Both the position numbers and the translations under genes were made by a program. DNA of 64,000 nucleotides, taken from positions 12,716 to 76,715 of the forward strand of contig CAYFNC010000012.1 of assembly GCA_964344345.1 (NCBI GenBank), read 5' to 3'. The DNA is from an uncultured Hyphomicrobiales bacterium. GTDB taxonomy: Bacteria > Pseudomonadota > Alphaproteobacteria > Rhodospirillales > CAYFNC01. Of this stretch, positions 45,881-57,272 are shown one piece after another. Every line of letters begins with the position of its first letter. The stretch's first letter is position 1. The notes beneath the pieces are model-generated. The model searched no databases. It worked only from the letters and a program-made list of their open reading frames with translations, and was not told the origin of the DNA.

Positions 45881-46900
45881 CTATTTCTTCTTCTTGGTCA
45901 GCGCCTGCACGGCGGCGATCTGGCGCCAGAACTCCTTGACCGGAACCGCGGGGGCGCCGCCCACGGTGGTTCCGGCGGGCACGTCGCGCATGATGCCCGC
46001 CTGGGCCATGATACGCGCGCCCGCGCCGATGTCGAGATGGCCGGTCAGACCCGCCTGCCCCCCCATCATGGCGAAGTCGCCGACCTTGGTGCTGCCGGAG
46101 ATACCCACCTGGCCCACCAGAACGCAGTTGCGCCCGATCTCGACGTTATGGGCCAACATGACCAGGTTGTCGATCTTCGCGCCCTGGCGGATCACGGTGT
46201 CGGGCCCCGCGCCTCGGTCGATGGCGGTGTTGGCGCCGATCTCCACGTCGTCCTCGATCACCACTCGGCCGAGCTGGGGGACCTTCAGGTGCCCTTGGGC
46301 GCCCAGCGCGAAGCCGAACCCGTCCTGACCGATGCGCGCGCCCGCGTGGATGATCACTCGCTCCCCAACCAGGCAGAACATCAACGACGCCAGAGGCCCG
46401 ACAACCGAGTCGTCGCCGAGAACCACGCCGTCCCCGATCACCGCGTTGGGATGGACGCGGCAGCGCGCTCCGATCTCGGCCCCGGCGCCGATCACCGCGC
46501 CCGCCTCGATCCGCGCGGTCCCGTCGATGGCCGCGGTTTCGTGGACAACGGCGCTTTGCGCGATTCCAGGCTCCAGGGGAGGCTGGGGATAGAAAGCCCG
46601 CGCCACCCGGGCGTAGCCATGGTAGGGCTCGGCCGTGACCAGCAGCGCCATGCCTTCGGGCGCGTGCTTCGCCAGGTCGGGATGGACCAGGCACGCGCCG
46701 GCCTTGCTTTCCTTGAAATCACCGAGATAGCGCCGGTTGTCGAGAAAGGCCACGTGGTCCGCCCCGGCGTCCGCGAGCGCGCGAACGTCGACGAAACGCT
46801 TGGCCGAATCCGCCGCGCCCGCGATTTCGGCGCGGGCGGTTTCGGCCAAATCCTCCAGACTGAAGGGGCCCGCGACGGAAAAGAACCGGGGATCGGGCAT
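45881..46900 (-). CDS. lpxD: UDP-3-O-acylglucosamine N-acyltransferase
   Basis: 339 aa with an N-terminal uridine-binding domain and long hexapeptide repeats. Synteny is skp-lpxD-fabZ-lpxA. Confidence 0.95.
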   Translation of the reverse strand: MPDPRFFSVAGPFSLEDLAETARAEIAGAADSAKRFVDVRALADAGADHVAFLDNRRYLGDFKESKAGACLVHPDLAKHAPEGMALLVTAEPYHGYARVARAFYPQPPLEPGIAQSAVVHETAAIDGTARIEAGAVIGAGAEIGARCRVHPNAVIGDGVVLGDDSVVGPLASLMFCLVGERVIIHAGARIGQDGFGFALGAQGHLKVPQLGRVVIEDDVEIGANTAIDRGAGPDTVIRQGAKIDNLVMLAHNVEIGRNCVLVGQVGISGSTKVGDFAMMGGQAGLTGHLDIGAGARIMAQAGIMRDVPAGTTVGGAPAVPVKEFWRQIAAVQALTKKKK

Positions 46901-46903
46901 GGA

Positions 46904-47515
46904 TTACTTCCCGCCCGGCTTACCGACCTTCAGAGTCGACGGATCGATCTTCTCGGGCTTTTTCACCGTGTATGTGGGCATGATCTTGTCGAGCTTCTCA
47001 AGCGTCATCAGGCTGATGTCGAGGGGCTGGGCCCAGAACACGAGCTGGTCCGTACGCATGATCAAGGTGAGGTCGTTCTTGTTGGCGACTTCGGTGACGA
47101 TCTCCTCCATCTTTTTGCGCACCGCGTTCTTGGCTTCGGCCTGGACGCGCTCCAACTCCCGACCCCGGACCTGCAGGAGCTTCTGGATGTTGGTCAGCTT
47201 TTCCTCGAACTCCTTGAGCTGGCCGTCGAAGACCTCCTTGGAGACGATGTTCTGCTGGCGTTTGAGCTCCTGGCGGTCCTTGCGGAGTTGCTCCTCCTCC
47301 TTTTGGATCTCGGTCTGGAACTCGGTGCGGTATGTCTTGATCTGCTCGCCGATATTCTTGACCACCTTGGCGCGGCGGAGCACGCCTTCAATGTCGATGA
47401 CGGCGATCTTTACGAAGACCTTCTTGTCCGCATTTTCCTCGGCGGCGAAAGACGGCGTGGCGACCGCGCCCAGGGCGGCGAGGCCGAGGGCGAGGCAGAT
47501 GGCGATGGCTTTCAA
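46904..47515 (-). CDS. skp: OmpH/Skp periplasmic chaperone
   Basis: 203 aa with a signal peptide and a coiled-coil Lys/Glu/Gln-rich body. It lies between bamA and lpxD. Confidence 0.85.
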   Translation of the reverse strand: MKAIAICLALGLAALGAVATPSFAAEENADKKVFVKIAVIDIEGVLRRAKVVKNIGEQIKTYRTEFQTEIQKEEEQLRKDRQELKRQQNIVSKEVFDGQLKEFEEKLTNIQKLLQVRGRELERVQAEAKNAVRKKMEEIVTEVANKNDLTLIMRTDQLVFWAQPLDISLMTLEKLDKIMPTYTVKKPEKIDPSTLKVGKPGGK

Positions 47516-47524
47516 TGCTCTCTC

Positions 47525-49795
47525 CTAAAAACTGGTTCCGAAATTGACGCGAATGAGTTCCTCCTTGTCATAGTCCTCCTTGAGCAAGGGGTAACCCAAA
47601 TCGACCCCGATAGGTCCGAAAGGCGAAGACCATGTCACGCCGACGCCGGCCGAAGCGCGCGGCGTGGCGGATTCGTAAAGCTCCGCCGAGGACGACGAAC
47701 TGGCCTTGCCCAACCCGCCGACGTCGGCGAAAACGCGGCCCTTGATGCCAAGCTCGGCGGGCAGACCCAGCGGCACCTGAAGCTCCGCCGAGGCCACGTA
47801 CATCCATTCGCCGCCGAGCGCGTCGTCTGTCGCCTTGTCGCGCGGGCCGATTCCCGATTGGGCGAAACCGCGAAGATTGTCGCCGCCGACGAAGAAGCGA
47901 TCGACGATGCGGACGTCCTCGCCCAAGCCGATCAGATAGCCGACGCCACCGGTCACGCCCAGGATCCAATGGTCGGCGAGCTTGAAGTATTTTCCACCGT
48001 CCACCTTGTTGCGCAGGTAGCGGACGTCGCCGCCGATTCCGGCCACATCGACGCCCAACCGCGCGAAATAGCCCTCGGTGGGGGTAATGCGGCTGTCGCG
48101 CTTGTCGTACAACAGGACCTGCCCGACCTCGGAAAGATAGCTCGTGCCCTCTTCGTTCTTGACCGCCAGGGAGGCGTCGTCCTCGACGTCGGTGATCACC
48201 GAGCGCTTGAAGGTGTAGCGCAGGCTCTGGCGCAGGTCCTCCATCAGTGTATAGCCCGTGCGCAGCGAGCCGCCGGTGACCTCGGACTTGAACGAGCTGG
48301 TGTCGGTCAGGTCCGTTTCGGTGTGGAAGACGTCGAAACCGGCGCTGACTTCGCGGCCGAGGAAATAGGGCTCGGTGAAACGAAGGTCGATCTGGCTCCG
48401 CTTGGCGGCGATGGAGAGATTGAGCTTCAGGTCCTGACCCCGGCCCAGAAGGTTCTTTTCCTGAATGCCGAAGTCGCCGATGGGGCCGCTGGTGGTGGAG
48501 TAGCCGGCGCCGATGGAGAGAGAGCCGGTGGACTTCTCCTCCACGTCGACCTTGATGACGGTCTTGTCCGGCGCGCTGCCTGGCACCTGCTCCACGTCGA
48601 TCTTTTCGAAGAAGTCCAGGTTGGCGAGACGGCGTCTGGAGCGGCGGAGCTTGGCCGAGTTGAAGGCGTCGCCCTCGACCAGTCGGAATTCGCGGCGGAT
48701 GACCTCGTCGATGGTGCGGATGTTGCCTTCGATGTCGATGCGCTCGACGAAGACCCTTGGGCCTTCGTTGATCTGGAAGGTCAGGTCGATGGTCCGTTTC
48801 TTCCGGTTTCGGTTGATCCTGGGCCGGACGTCGACGAAGGCGTAGCCCAGCGTGCCCACGGCGTCGGTCAGGGACTGGATGGTGTCCTCCACCTTGTCCG
48901 CGTCGTACTGGTCGCCCTTCTCGATCTCGATGGCCTCGGCCACGTCCTCGGCCTTCAGGTCGCGAAGCCTCGCGTCCACCTTCAAATCGCCAAAGGCGTA
49001 GCGAGGCCCTTCCTCGACGCTGAAAGTGATGAAGAAATCGCTTCGGTCCGGCGTCAACTCGGCCACCGCGGACAGCACCCGGAAGTCGGCGTAGCCCTCG
49101 GACAGGTAATGGCGGCGCAGCAGTTCTCGGTCAAGGGTCAGGCGGTCGGGATCATAGGTGTCGTCCGCGGTGTAGAACCGCCACCAGCGTGTCTCCTTGG
49201 TTCGCACGATGCCCCGAAGGTCCCCGTCGTCGAAGGCCCGGTTGCCGATGAAGCGGATGCGACTGACCTCGGTCAGTTCGCCCTCGTTGATCTCGAACGC
49301 CAGATCGACGCGGTTCTGGGGAAGCTGGATCACCTTGGGCTCGACCGTCGCGGCGAATCGGCCGCTGCGGCGGTACAGCGTCAGGATCCGCTTGACGTCG
49401 TTCTGCACCTTGGTCCGTGTGTAAATCACACGGGGACGGAGCGTGGTCTCCGCCTTGAGGGCGTCGTCGTCGAGCTTCTGGTTGCCTTCGAAGGCGATGC
49501 GGTTGATCACCGGATTCTCGACCAGCTTGATGATCAGCGCGTCCCCTTCCTGGCTGAGCGTCACGTCGGCGAACAGCCCGGTGGCGAACAGACTCTTGAG
49601 CGAGCGGTCCATGCGCGGCCGGTCGAAGAAATCCCCTTCCTGCAACAGAAGATAAGAGCGGATGGTCTCCGGCTCGATGCGCTGCGCGCCTTCGACAAGA
49701 ATGGAGCGGATGACGCCCGTTTGGGCGCCGCTGTCGGAAACGCTCCCGAATGTGAAAAGGGTCCCCAGGAGCAAGAGGAACATCGCGCGCCGCAA
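47525..49795 (-). CDS. bamA: Outer membrane protein assembly factor BamA
   Basis: 756 aa. POTRA repeats begin IRSILVEGAQRIEPETIRSYL. The protein ends in a C-terminal beta-barrel with terminal ...VNFGTSF. Confidence 0.96.
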   Translation of the reverse strand: MRRAMFLLLLGTLFTFGSVSDSGAQTGVIRSILVEGAQRIEPETIRSYLLLQEGDFFDRPRMDRSLKSLFATGLFADVTLSQEGDALIIKLVENPVINRIAFEGNQKLDDDALKAETTLRPRVIYTRTKVQNDVKRILTLYRRSGRFAATVEPKVIQLPQNRVDLAFEINEGELTEVSRIRFIGNRAFDDGDLRGIVRTKETRWWRFYTADDTYDPDRLTLDRELLRRHYLSEGYADFRVLSAVAELTPDRSDFFITFSVEEGPRYAFGDLKVDARLRDLKAEDVAEAIEIEKGDQYDADKVEDTIQSLTDAVGTLGYAFVDVRPRINRNRKKRTIDLTFQINEGPRVFVERIDIEGNIRTIDEVIRREFRLVEGDAFNSAKLRRSRRRLANLDFFEKIDVEQVPGSAPDKTVIKVDVEEKSTGSLSIGAGYSTTSGPIGDFGIQEKNLLGRGQDLKLNLSIAAKRSQIDLRFTEPYFLGREVSAGFDVFHTETDLTDTSSFKSEVTGGSLRTGYTLMEDLRQSLRYTFKRSVITDVEDDASLAVKNEEGTSYLSEVGQVLLYDKRDSRITPTEGYFARLGVDVAGIGGDVRYLRNKVDGGKYFKLADHWILGVTGGVGYLIGLGEDVRIVDRFFVGGDNLRGFAQSGIGPRDKATDDALGGEWMYVASAELQVPLGLPAELGIKGRVFADVGGLGKASSSSSAELYESATPRASAGVGVTWSSPFGPIGVDLGYPLLKEDYDKEELIRVNFGTSF

Positions 49796-49829
49796 CGAAC
49801 TCCCCCCAAACGAAGTGGCGTCAGGTCGA

Positions 49830-50963
49830 TCAGGTTACGAGGTTCATTAGAAACTCAAAAACCTTAAGATCCGCCAAATCGTTCCACGTGGCGAAAATCA
49901 TCAGCAGCAATACCAGAATCAGCCCCATCCGCAAACCGTATTCTTGGGCCTTGGCGGGCAGTGGACGGCCGCGAAGCGCCTCGGCGCCGTAAAAAACCAG
50001 GTGACCGCCGTCCAGAAGCGGAATGGGAAACAGGTTGATGAGGCCCAGGTTGATGGACAGCGCGGCGGTGAACGAGATCAGGTGGATCAGCCCGCCCTGG
50101 GCCATCTCGCCGGTCACCTTGGCGATTCGCAACGGCCCGCCCAGCTTGTCCGCCGACTGCTCCCCCGTGATGATCTGGCCCAGATAGGAAAAGATCTGGG
50201 TCGCGAGCCCGAAGGTGCGCTCCACCGCCAGCCAGGACGCGCTGAAGGGATCGCGTTGCTCGTAGTCCACCTGGTCCACGTCGGGACGGACGCCGAGAAG
50301 GCCTATGGTCTCGCCCGTATCCTCGTCCACGTGCTCCTTGGGCGTGGCGAAGAGCACGATTTCGTCCTCGCTCCGCTCGACACGGAACTCCATCTTTCGC
50401 CCAGGGGCGGCGCTGACGATTCGGCGCAGATCGTCGAACCATTTGATCGGCTCGCCGTCGATGGCGACGATGCGGTCCTTGGCCTTGAAGCCCGCCTCGG
50501 CCGCCGCCGTGCCCTCGACCACCTCGCCCACCCCGGCGAGCGGCGCGGGCGTGCCGACCGCCGAGAACAGAAGCGCCAGAACCACCATGGAGAACGCGAA
50601 ATTGGCGAACGGCCCGGCGGCGACGATGGCGGCGCGCTGTCCCACCGTTTTATGGTGGAAGGACACCGCCTCCTCCTCGGGCGTCATGGGCGGGCGTTTC
50701 TCGCCGTCCTCGTCCTCGTCGAAGTCGTACTCGCCGAACATCTTGACGTAGCCGCCGAGCGGCACGGCGCTGATCTTCCATCTTGTGCCGTGCTTATCGT
50801 TCCAGCCGGTGATTTCCGGGCCGAAGCCGACGGAGAACACCTCCACCTTCACGCCGTTGCGGCGCGCCAGGTAATAGTGCCCGAGCTCGTGAACGAAAAC
50901 GACGACGGTCAGAACCAGCAGGAAGACGATGACGTAGTCCCAAACAAAATTCGCGTATTCCAT
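49830..50963 (-). CDS. rseP: RIP zinc metalloprotease RseP
   Basis: 377 aa. The zinc motif HELGHY lies in TM1. It has a PDZ domain and NLFPIPLLDGGH. Confidence 0.96.
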   Translation of the reverse strand: MEYANFVWDYVIVFLLVLTVVVFVHELGHYYLARRNGVKVEVFSVGFGPEITGWNDKHGTRWKISAVPLGGYVKMFGEYDFDEDEDGEKRPPMTPEEEAVSFHHKTVGQRAAIVAAGPFANFAFSMVVLALLFSAVGTPAPLAGVGEVVEGTAAAEAGFKAKDRIVAIDGEPIKWFDDLRRIVSAAPGRKMEFRVERSEDEIVLFATPKEHVDEDTGETIGLLGVRPDVDQVDYEQRDPFSASWLAVERTFGLATQIFSYLGQIITGEQSADKLGGPLRIAKVTGEMAQGGLIHLISFTAALSINLGLINLFPIPLLDGGHLVFYGAEALRGRPLPAKAQEYGLRMGLILVLLLMIFATWNDLADLKVFEFLMNLVT

Positions 50964-51002
50964 GCCGTTTCCGTTCCCGTCGGTTCTCGTTTGCCGCGCA
51001 GT

Positions 51003-52220
51003 CTACCCAATGGTCGCGCCGGAGGCCAAATCGGACGTGAGCCGCGCCGCTTCCTCCCGCGCCTCGGCGTCTGCGGCCAGCACGTCGTCGAGGGTTTTCA
51101 GGGTCCGACTCTTGACCGTCTCCATGGTCTTCTCGACGATCCGCGCGATGTCGAGGAAGCCGATCTCGCGACCGAGAAACGCCCCGACGCCGACCTCGTT
51201 GGCCGCGTTAAGTATAGTGGGGACGGAGCCCCCGGCCCGCAAGGCTTCGCGCGCGAGGCGTAGCGCGGGGAAACGCTCCAGGTCCGGGGCGTGGAAGGTC
51301 AACTGGCCGATCTTGGCGAGGTCGAGCCGAGGCGCCGGCGTCTCCATCCGCTTGGGCCAGGCGAGCGCGTAGGCGATGGGCGTGCGCATGTCGGGCGAGC
51401 CGAGCTGGGCGAGCGACGAGCCGTCCACGTACTCCACCAGGCTGTGGACCACGGATTGGGGATGGACCAGGATCTCGATTTGCTCTTCGGCCACCGGGAA
51501 CAGGTGGTAGGCCTCGATCAGCTCCAGTCCCTTGTTCATCATGGTCGCGGAGTCCACGGAAATCTTCGCGCCCATGTCCCAGTTGGGGTGCGCCACGGCC
51601 TGTTCGGGGGTGACCGTCTCCATGAACGCCCGGTCCTTTTCCCGGAACGGGCCGCCCGACGCGGTCAGGATCACGCGCGACACCTTGTCGGCGGCATCGA
51701 ACTCGAAACATTGATAGATGGCGCTGTGTTCGGAATCCACGGGCAGAAGCTCGGCGCCCGCCTTGGCCACCTCGGCCACCATCACGTCGCCCGCCGACAC
51801 CAGGCATTCCTTGTTGGCGAGCCCCACCACCACGCCGCGCCGGACGGCGGCCAGCGTCGGCGCCAGGCCGGCGGCGCCGACGATGGACGCCATCACCCAG
51901 TCGGCGGGTCGGGACGCCGCCTCGATCAGGGCGTCGGGCCCGGCCGCGGCCTCGATTCCGGTCCCGGACAAAAGGTCCTTGAGCTCGGCGTACTTCTCGG
52001 GGTCCGCCGTCACCGCCAGGACGGGTTTCAGCATTCGGGCCTGTTCGGCGAGCAGTTCGACGTTGCGGTTGCCGGTCAGGGCCTGGACGCGAAAGGCGTC
52101 CGGCTGGCGTTTCAGAAGATCCACCGTGTTGCAGCCGATGGAGCCGGTAGAGCCCAGAACCGTGACGGAGCGGGGCTCCGCCGCCGGGCTCGGCGCCGTC
52201 TTGGTCGAAGTCACAGCCAT
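51003..52220 (-). CDS. dxr: 1-deoxy-D-xylulose 5-phosphate reductoisomerase
   Basis: Motifs: [22 protein letters not shown] and HPNW.MG. I prefer ATG 52220; the track start at 52247 is 9 codons longer. Confidence 0.95.
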   Translation of the reverse strand: MAVTSTKTAPSPAAEPRSVTVLGSTGSIGCNTVDLLKRQPDAFRVQALTGNRNVELLAEQARMLKPVLAVTADPEKYAELKDLLSGTGIEAAAGPDALIEAASRPADWVMASIVGAAGLAPTLAAVRRGVVVGLANKECLVSAGDVMVAEVAKAGAELLPVDSEHSAIYQCFEFDAADKVSRVILTASGGPFREKDRAFMETVTPEQAVAHPNWDMGAKISVDSATMMNKGLELIEAYHLFPVAEEQIEILVHPQSVVHSLVEYVDGSSLAQLGSPDMRTPIAYALAWPKRMETPAPRLDLAKIGQLTFHAPDLERFPALRLAREALRAGGSVPTILNAANEVGVGAFLGREIGFLDIARIVEKTMETVKSRTLKTLDDVLAADAEAREEAARLTSDLASGATIG

Positions 52221-53032
52221 GTCAGCAATCCGTTCCCCAACATCCACGTCGCGAGCGCGACCACAGCGATCACCGCCAGCAAGGCGTCGACCCGGTCCAG
52301 AAGACCGCCGTGCCCCGGTATGATAGCGCCGGAATCCTTGACCCCGAAGCGCCGTTTTACCCAGGATTCGGCCAAGTCGCCCATCTGGCCCACCGCGCCC
52401 AGCGCGGCGGCGGCGGCGAACGCCGCCAAGTTAGCCTCTCCGAACGCCCAGGCCACGCCCGTCCCCGCTCCGGCCGCGAACAGCATGGCGCCCGCGAGGC
52501 CGCTCCAGGTCTTGCCCGGGCTGACGGCCGGGGCCAGTTTGGGCCCGCCGATGGTTTTTCCGAACGCGTAACCGCCGATGTCCGACGCCCAGACAAGCCC
52601 CATGATCCAAAACACCGTTACCATCCCGTGGTCCGGGTCGGCGCGCAGCCACAATAGCAAAATGGACGGCCCCACCACGTAGGCCAGCCCCAGGACCGCC
52701 CAACCCCGGGCCCGGCCGCCGATCAGCGCCATCGCCGCCGCGCCGAGCCCCAAGGCCCAGCCGCCCCACTCGAGCCCGTATCCCGCGCCGGACGCGACCG
52801 ACACGGCCGCCGCGACGGACATGGCCACGCCGAGCTTTCCGTCGATCCCGCACAGCTTGGACCATTCCAGGGCGAGGATGACGCTTCCGGCGACCACCAG
52901 CGCCGCGAAGGCCGCCCCGCCGTAATACACCGCCGCCAGGACCGGTGGAATCAGGACGGCCGCGGAAACCGTTCGGACCAGCAGGCCTCCCGGCTTGCTT
53001 TTAGACGGGGGTTGCGCCGTAGCGCCGCTCAC
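52211..53032 (-). CDS. cdsA: Phosphatidate cytidylyltransferase
   Basis: 273 aa, polytopic. The C-terminal signature is [24 protein letters not shown]. The annotated start overlaps the end of uppS by 32 nt, so the start is uncertain. Confidence 0.9.
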   Translation of the reverse strand: MSGATAQPPSKSKPGGLLVRTVSAAVLIPPVLAAVYYGGAAFAALVVAGSVILALEWSKLCGIDGKLGVAMSVAAAVSVASGAGYGLEWGGWALGLGAAAMALIGGRARGWAVLGLAYVVGPSILLLWLRADPDHGMVTVFWIMGLVWASDIGGYAFGKTIGGPKLAPAVSPGKTWSGLAGAMLFAAGAGTGVAWAFGEANLAAFAAAAALGAVGQMGDLAESWVKRRFGVKDSGAIIPGHGGLLDRVDALLAVIAVVALATWMLGNGLLTWL

Positions 53033-53735
53033 GCCCGTGGTACTCCCTTATCGCGTTTTCGAATTCCTGCTTGGAGAAGTCCGGCCACAGGGTCTCGATG
53101 AAGACAAACTCGGCGTAGGCGCATTGCCACAAGAGGAAATTGCTGATGCGTTTTTCGCCGCTGGTGCGGATCAAAAGGTCCGGATCGGGAACGCCGGCGG
53201 TGTACAGCCGGGACGAAACCGCGTCCTCGTCCACGCCATTCGGATCAAGCGCGCCGGAGGCGGCGTCGGACGCGATGCTTTTGGCCGCGGCCACGATCTC
53301 GTCGCGGCCGCCGTAGCTTAGCGCCATGCTCACAACCAGACGCGTGTTCGCGCCGGTCGTCTCCTCGGCGTCGACGATCATCTCGACGATGTCGGGCTCT
53401 AGCCGTTCGCGGTCGCCGATGATGCGCAACCGCACGCCCTCCTTGTGCAGCGCCTTGACTTCGTTGCGGAGATAGAAACGCAACAGCCCCATCAGGTCGT
53501 TCACCTCGCGCTCGGGCCGTTTCCAGTTTTCCGATGAAAACCCGTAAAGGGTCAGGTACTCCACCCCGGCCTCGATCGCGGCGCGGATCGTGGTCCGCAC
53601 CGCCTCGGCCCCCTTGCGATGCCCGGCGATTCTGGGCAACCCCCGCTGACGCGCCCAGCGGCCGTTGCCATCCATGATGATGGCGACGTGCGTGGGCGTC
53701 GGCGAGGGATCGCTGGGGATGGGTTGCGGCTTCAT
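53001..53735 (-). CDS. uppS: Undecaprenyl (isoprenyl) diphosphate synthase
   Basis: 244 aa. Motifs: HVAIIMDGNGRWA, FSSENW.RP and RTSGE.R.SNFLLWQ. Confidence 0.96.
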   Translation of the reverse strand: MKPQPIPSDPSPTPTHVAIIMDGNGRWARQRGLPRIAGHRKGAEAVRTTIRAAIEAGVEYLTLYGFSSENWKRPEREVNDLMGLLRFYLRNEVKALHKEGVRLRIIGDRERLEPDIVEMIVDAEETTGANTRLVVSMALSYGGRDEIVAAAKSIASDAASGALDPNGVDEDAVSSRLYTAGVPDPDLLIRTSGEKRISNFLLWQCAYAEFVFIETLWPDFSKQEFENAIREYHGRERRYGATPV

Positions 53736-53742
53736 CGTTGCG

Positions 53743-54312
53743 TCAGACCTGCATGATTTCCGATTCCTTGGCCTCCAACGCCTCGTCGATCTTCTTGACG
53801 TACTCGTCGGTCAGCTTCTGGATTTCCTCGCCGTGGTCATGGTGCTCGTCCTTGGAGATCTTGCCGTCCTTTTCCTGGTGCTTCAGGTCGTCCATGCCGT
53901 GGCGGCGCACGTTGCGCACGGCGACCCGGGTCTCCTCGGCGTAACGGCCGGCGACCTTGCTGATCTCGACCCGGCGCTCCTCGGTCAGGGGCGGGATGGG
54001 CACGCGCACCAGCTGTCCGTCGGACGACGGGTTGAGGCCCAGGTCCGAATCCCGGATCGCCTTCTCGACCGACTTGACCATGCCCTTGTCCCAGACCTGG
54101 ACCGACAGCATGCGCGGTTCGGGCACGCCGACGGTGCCGACCTGGTTCAGCGGCATCTCGGAGCCATAGGCCTCGACGGTGATGGATTCCAACAGGCTGG
54201 TGTGGGCGCGGCCGGTGCGCAGTCCGGCGAATTCCTTCTTCAAAACCTCGAGCGCGCCTTCCATGCGCCGCTGCAAATCCTTTTTCGTCGCCGCGAAATC
54301 TTCTGCCGACAC
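53743..54312 (-). CDS. frr: Ribosome recycling factor
   Basis: 189 aa. Motifs: [12 protein letters not shown] and IPPLTEERR. Confidence 0.97.
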   Translation of the reverse strand: MSAEDFAATKKDLQRRMEGALEVLKKEFAGLRTGRAHTSLLESITVEAYGSEMPLNQVGTVGVPEPRMLSVQVWDKGMVKSVEKAIRDSDLGLNPSSDGQLVRVPIPPLTEERRVEISKVAGRYAEETRVAVRNVRRHGMDDLKHQEKDGKISKDEHHDHGEEIQKLTDEYVKKIDEALEAKESEIMQV

Positions 54313-54343
54313 CTTTCCGTCCCCCTTGTCTGTTCCTTGCGCC

Positions 54344-55063
54344 TCAGCCGCCGACGCGCGTGAATCGCCCCTCGCCCGCCAGCACTTGTGAGAGCATTCC
54401 CGGATTGTGGATCGAAAACACGATGATGGGAACCTTGTTTTCGCGCGCCAGCGCGATGGCGGCCGCGTCCATCACCTTCAGGTCCCGCTCCAGAACCTCG
54501 CCGTAGCCCAGGGTCTCGTAGCGCTCGGCGCTCGAGTCCTTCTTGGGATCGGCGGAATAGACCCCGTCCACCTGGGTGCCCTTGAGGAGCGCGTCGCAGT
54601 TCATCTCGACCGCGCGAAGCGCCGCCGCCGTGTCCGTGGTGAAGAAGGGATTGCCGGTCCCGGCGGCGAAAAAGACCACGCGGTTGCGCTCCAGATGGCT
54701 CATGGCCACCTGGCGGGCGTAGGATTCGCACACGGTCGGCATCGGGATCGCCGACTGGACACGGGCCGGAACGCCTTTGGATTCCAGGACGTTGTGCATG
54801 GCGAGGGCGTTCAGCACCGTGGCCAGCATGCCCATGTAGTCGCCGGTGGCGCGCTCGATCCCCGACGCCACGCCGGACACGCCGCGAAAGATGTTGCCCG
54901 CCCCGATGACAATGCAAACCTCGACGCCCATCTCGTGGACGGATTTCACCTCGTCGGCGATGCGGCCCACGGTGTCGGGGTCCAGGCCGTGAGTGCGGTC
55001 CCCCATCAAGCCTTCGCCGGACAGCTTCAGAAGGACGCGCTTGTACTTCGGATTCGGGGCCAT
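54344..55063 (-). CDS. pyrH: UMP kinase
   Basis: 239 aa. Motifs: [22 protein letters not shown] and [17 protein letters not shown]. Confidence 0.97.
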   Translation of the reverse strand: MAPNPKYKRVLLKLSGEGLMGDRTHGLDPDTVGRIADEVKSVHEMGVEVCIVIGAGNIFRGVSGVASGIERATGDYMGMLATVLNALAMHNVLESKGVPARVQSAIPMPTVCESYARQVAMSHLERNRVVFFAAGTGNPFFTTDTAAALRAVEMNCDALLKGTQVDGVYSADPKKDSSAERYETLGYGEVLERDLKVMDAAAIALARENKVPIIVFSIHNPGMLSQVLAGEGRFTRVGG

Positions 55064-55209
55064 GGCTCGACGAAAACCATCCGATGAAATTCAAAAAAAC
55101 GCCCAGGCGCAGATGCGCGGACGGCGGGCCGATGTTACACCAGCCCGCCGAACGCGTTGTCAAAAAAATTTCATGCCGCGCGCCTTGACGGCGCGAGGCG
55201 GCGGGAACG

Positions 55210-56136
55210 CTAGGTCCCGGCCATGGCCGCGACCTCTGCGGCGTAGTCCTCTTCCTTCTTTTCGATGCCCTCGCCGAGCGCGAAACGGACGAATCCTTTC
55301 ACGGCGATGTCTCCGCCCGCGTCCTTGCCCGCCTGTTCGACGGCCTTGCCCACCTTGGTCTCGCCGTCGATGACGTAGGTCTGCTCCAGCAGGCAGACCT
55401 CTTCGTAGTACTTGCGCAGCCGTCCCTCGACCATCTTCTCGATGATGTTGTCGGGCTTGCCGCTGGCCTTGGCCTGGTCGGCGAGGATGGCGCGCTCGCG
55501 GTCCAGGGCGGCCTGGTCCACGTCGTCGCGGGACACCGCCTGGGGGTTGGCCGCGGCCACGTGCATGGCGACCTGCTTGCCGATGTCGGCGAGCTTGGCC
55601 GCGTCCGCGGACGATTCCAGCCCGACCAGGACGCCGATCTTGCCGAGGCCCTCGCCCGCCGCGCTGTGCATGTAGGCGCCGAGCGCGCCCTGGGCGACCT
55701 CGACCACCTGGGCACGGCGGATGGACATGTTCTCGCCGATGGTGGCGATGAGCTGGGTCAGCTCTTCCTCGACATTGCGGCCGGTGTCGGGATAGGCGTG
55801 GGCCATGATCGCATCCATGTCGCCGCCGGCGTCGAGCGCGATGGCGGCGACGTTGCGCACGAAATCCTGGAAGGTGTCGTTGCGGGCGACGAAGTCGGTC
55901 TCGGAGTTCACCTCGACCACCGCGCCCCTGGTCCCGTCCACGGCGAAGCCGACGAGGCCCTGGGACGCCACCCGGCCCGCCTTCTTGGCGGCGGCGGCGA
56001 GGCCCTTCTTGCGCAGCCAGTCGACGGCTTCCTCGAGATTTCCGTCGTTTTCGGTCAGGGCCTTCTTGCAATCCATCATGCCCGCGCCGGTTTTTTCGCG
56101 CAGTTCCTTGACAAGGCCGGCAGTGATTTGCGCCAT
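55210..56136 (-). CDS. tsf: Translation elongation factor Ts
   Basis: 308 aa. It starts [24 protein letters not shown]. Confidence 0.97.
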   Translation of the reverse strand: MAQITAGLVKELREKTGAGMMDCKKALTENDGNLEEAVDWLRKKGLAAAAKKAGRVASQGLVGFAVDGTRGAVVEVNSETDFVARNDTFQDFVRNVAAIALDAGGDMDAIMAHAYPDTGRNVEEELTQLIATIGENMSIRRAQVVEVAQGALGAYMHSAAGEGLGKIGVLVGLESSADAAKLADIGKQVAMHVAAANPQAVSRDDVDQAALDRERAILADQAKASGKPDNIIEKMVEGRLRKYYEEVCLLEQTYVIDGETKVGKAVEQAGKDAGGDIAVKGFVRFALGEGIEKKEEDYAAEVAAMAGT

Positions 56137-56171
56137 TTTGATCCTCTTTGGTCGAAAAGTTGTCTGTTGCG

Positions 56172-57107
56172 TCAGGCGGAAGGCGGGGTTTCGGCTTCCG
56201 GCGCGGCCGTCTCGGCCACGGCGGGAGCGGACTCCTCGGCCGGGGCCGCCTCAACCGGAGCCTCCTCAGTGGGAGCCGCCTCGGCCGGAGCTTCCGGCGC
56301 GGCTTCCACGGCCGCCTCGGGGGCGGGAGCCTCGGCCGGGGCCGCCAGCTCCTTCTCGGCGGGCAGGGCCTGGTCCGGCACCTCCTCGGACTCGCCGAGA
56401 TCGCCGCCGCCGACGATGATTTCCTGCTGGATGCCGTCGAGCACCGCGCCCGCCATCATGTCGCAATAGAGCGTAACCGCCCGAAGCGCGTCGTCGTTGC
56501 CCGGAATGGGGTGGTTGATGCCCGCGGGGTCGGAATTGCTGTCGATGACCGCGACCACGGGGATGTTCAGCTTGTTGGCCTCGGCCACCGCGATGGACTC
56601 CTTGTTGGTGTCGATCACGAACAGCACGTCGGGCAGGCCGCCCATCTCCTTGATGCCGCCGAGCGCCCGGTCCAGCTTGTCCCGCTCGCGGGTGAGCTTC
56701 AACAGCTCCTTCTTGGTCAGGCCGACGTTTTCCTGGGCCAATTGCTCGTCCAGGTCGCGCAGGCGCTTGATGGCGTTGGAAATGGTCTTCCAGTTGGTCA
56801 TCATGCCGCCGAGCCAGCGGTGGTTGACGTAGTACTGGCCGCAGCGCTTGGCGGCCTCGGCCACCTTTTCGCTGGCCGAGCGCTTGGTGCCGACGAACAG
56901 GACGCGCCCGCCGCCCGCGACCACGTTGCGCACCGCCACCATGGCCTGGTGGAGCATGGGCACGGTCTGCTGCAGGTCGATGATGTGAATGCCGTTGCGG
57001 TCGCCGAAGATGTATGGAGACATCTTGGGGTTCCAACGCCGGGTGTTGTGGCCGAAGTGCACGCCCGCTTCCAGGAGCTGGCGCATGGTGAATGCTGGCA
57101 TCGCCAT
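56172..57107 (-). CDS. rpsB: 30S ribosomal protein S2 with an acidic Ala/Pro/Glu-rich C-terminal extension
   Basis: 311 aa. It starts [18 protein letters not shown]. The final stretch of about 75 aa is low complexity ([23 protein letters not shown]...). Confidence 0.97.
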   Translation of the reverse strand: MAMPAFTMRQLLEAGVHFGHNTRRWNPKMSPYIFGDRNGIHIIDLQQTVPMLHQAMVAVRNVVAGGGRVLFVGTKRSASEKVAEAAKRCGQYYVNHRWLGGMMTNWKTISNAIKRLRDLDEQLAQENVGLTKKELLKLTRERDKLDRALGGIKEMGGLPDVLFVIDTNKESIAVAEANKLNIPVVAVIDSNSDPAGINHPIPGNDDALRAVTLYCDMMAGAVLDGIQQEIIVGGGDLGESEEVPDQALPAEKELAAPAEAPAPEAAVEAAPEAPAEAAPTEEAPVEAAPAEESAPAVAETAAPEAETPPSA

Positions 57108-57146
57108 TGCGGTTTTCCTTTTCCGGTTACGCCTCCGCGGGCCATA

Positions 57147-57164
57147 GCCTTCCGTTCGGAAGGC
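57147..57164 (-). promoter_or_regulatory. Stable hairpin in the presumed rpsB 5' leader
   Basis: GCCTTCC-GTTC-GGAAGGC, a perfect 7-bp stem. It lies 40-57 nt upstream of the rpsB ATG and downstream of the candidate promoter. Confidence 0.35.
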
Positions 57165-57211
57165 ACCGGAACGCGCTCGCGCGCGCTTGCCCGCGTGTGG
57201 ATTTGGCCCGA

Positions 57212-57240
57212 GTGATACTCCCGCGGGCCCCGGGGGTCAA
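57212..57240 (-). promoter_or_regulatory. Candidate sigma-70-type promoter for rpsB-tsf
   Basis: On the minus strand: TTGACC, 17-nt spacer, TATCAC. It lies about 105 nt upstream of the rpsB ATG. Confidence 0.4.
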
Positions 57241-57272
57241 GCGAATGCGGCGCCCGCCTTCTCCACGCGCGT

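Noticed and set aside
45608-49867. 1419-aa ORF on the plus strand across fabZ, lpxD, skp and bamA
   Set aside because: It is an antisense shadow of four well-supported minus-strand genes. Its composition is low-complexity and Gly/Asp/Val/Arg-rich.
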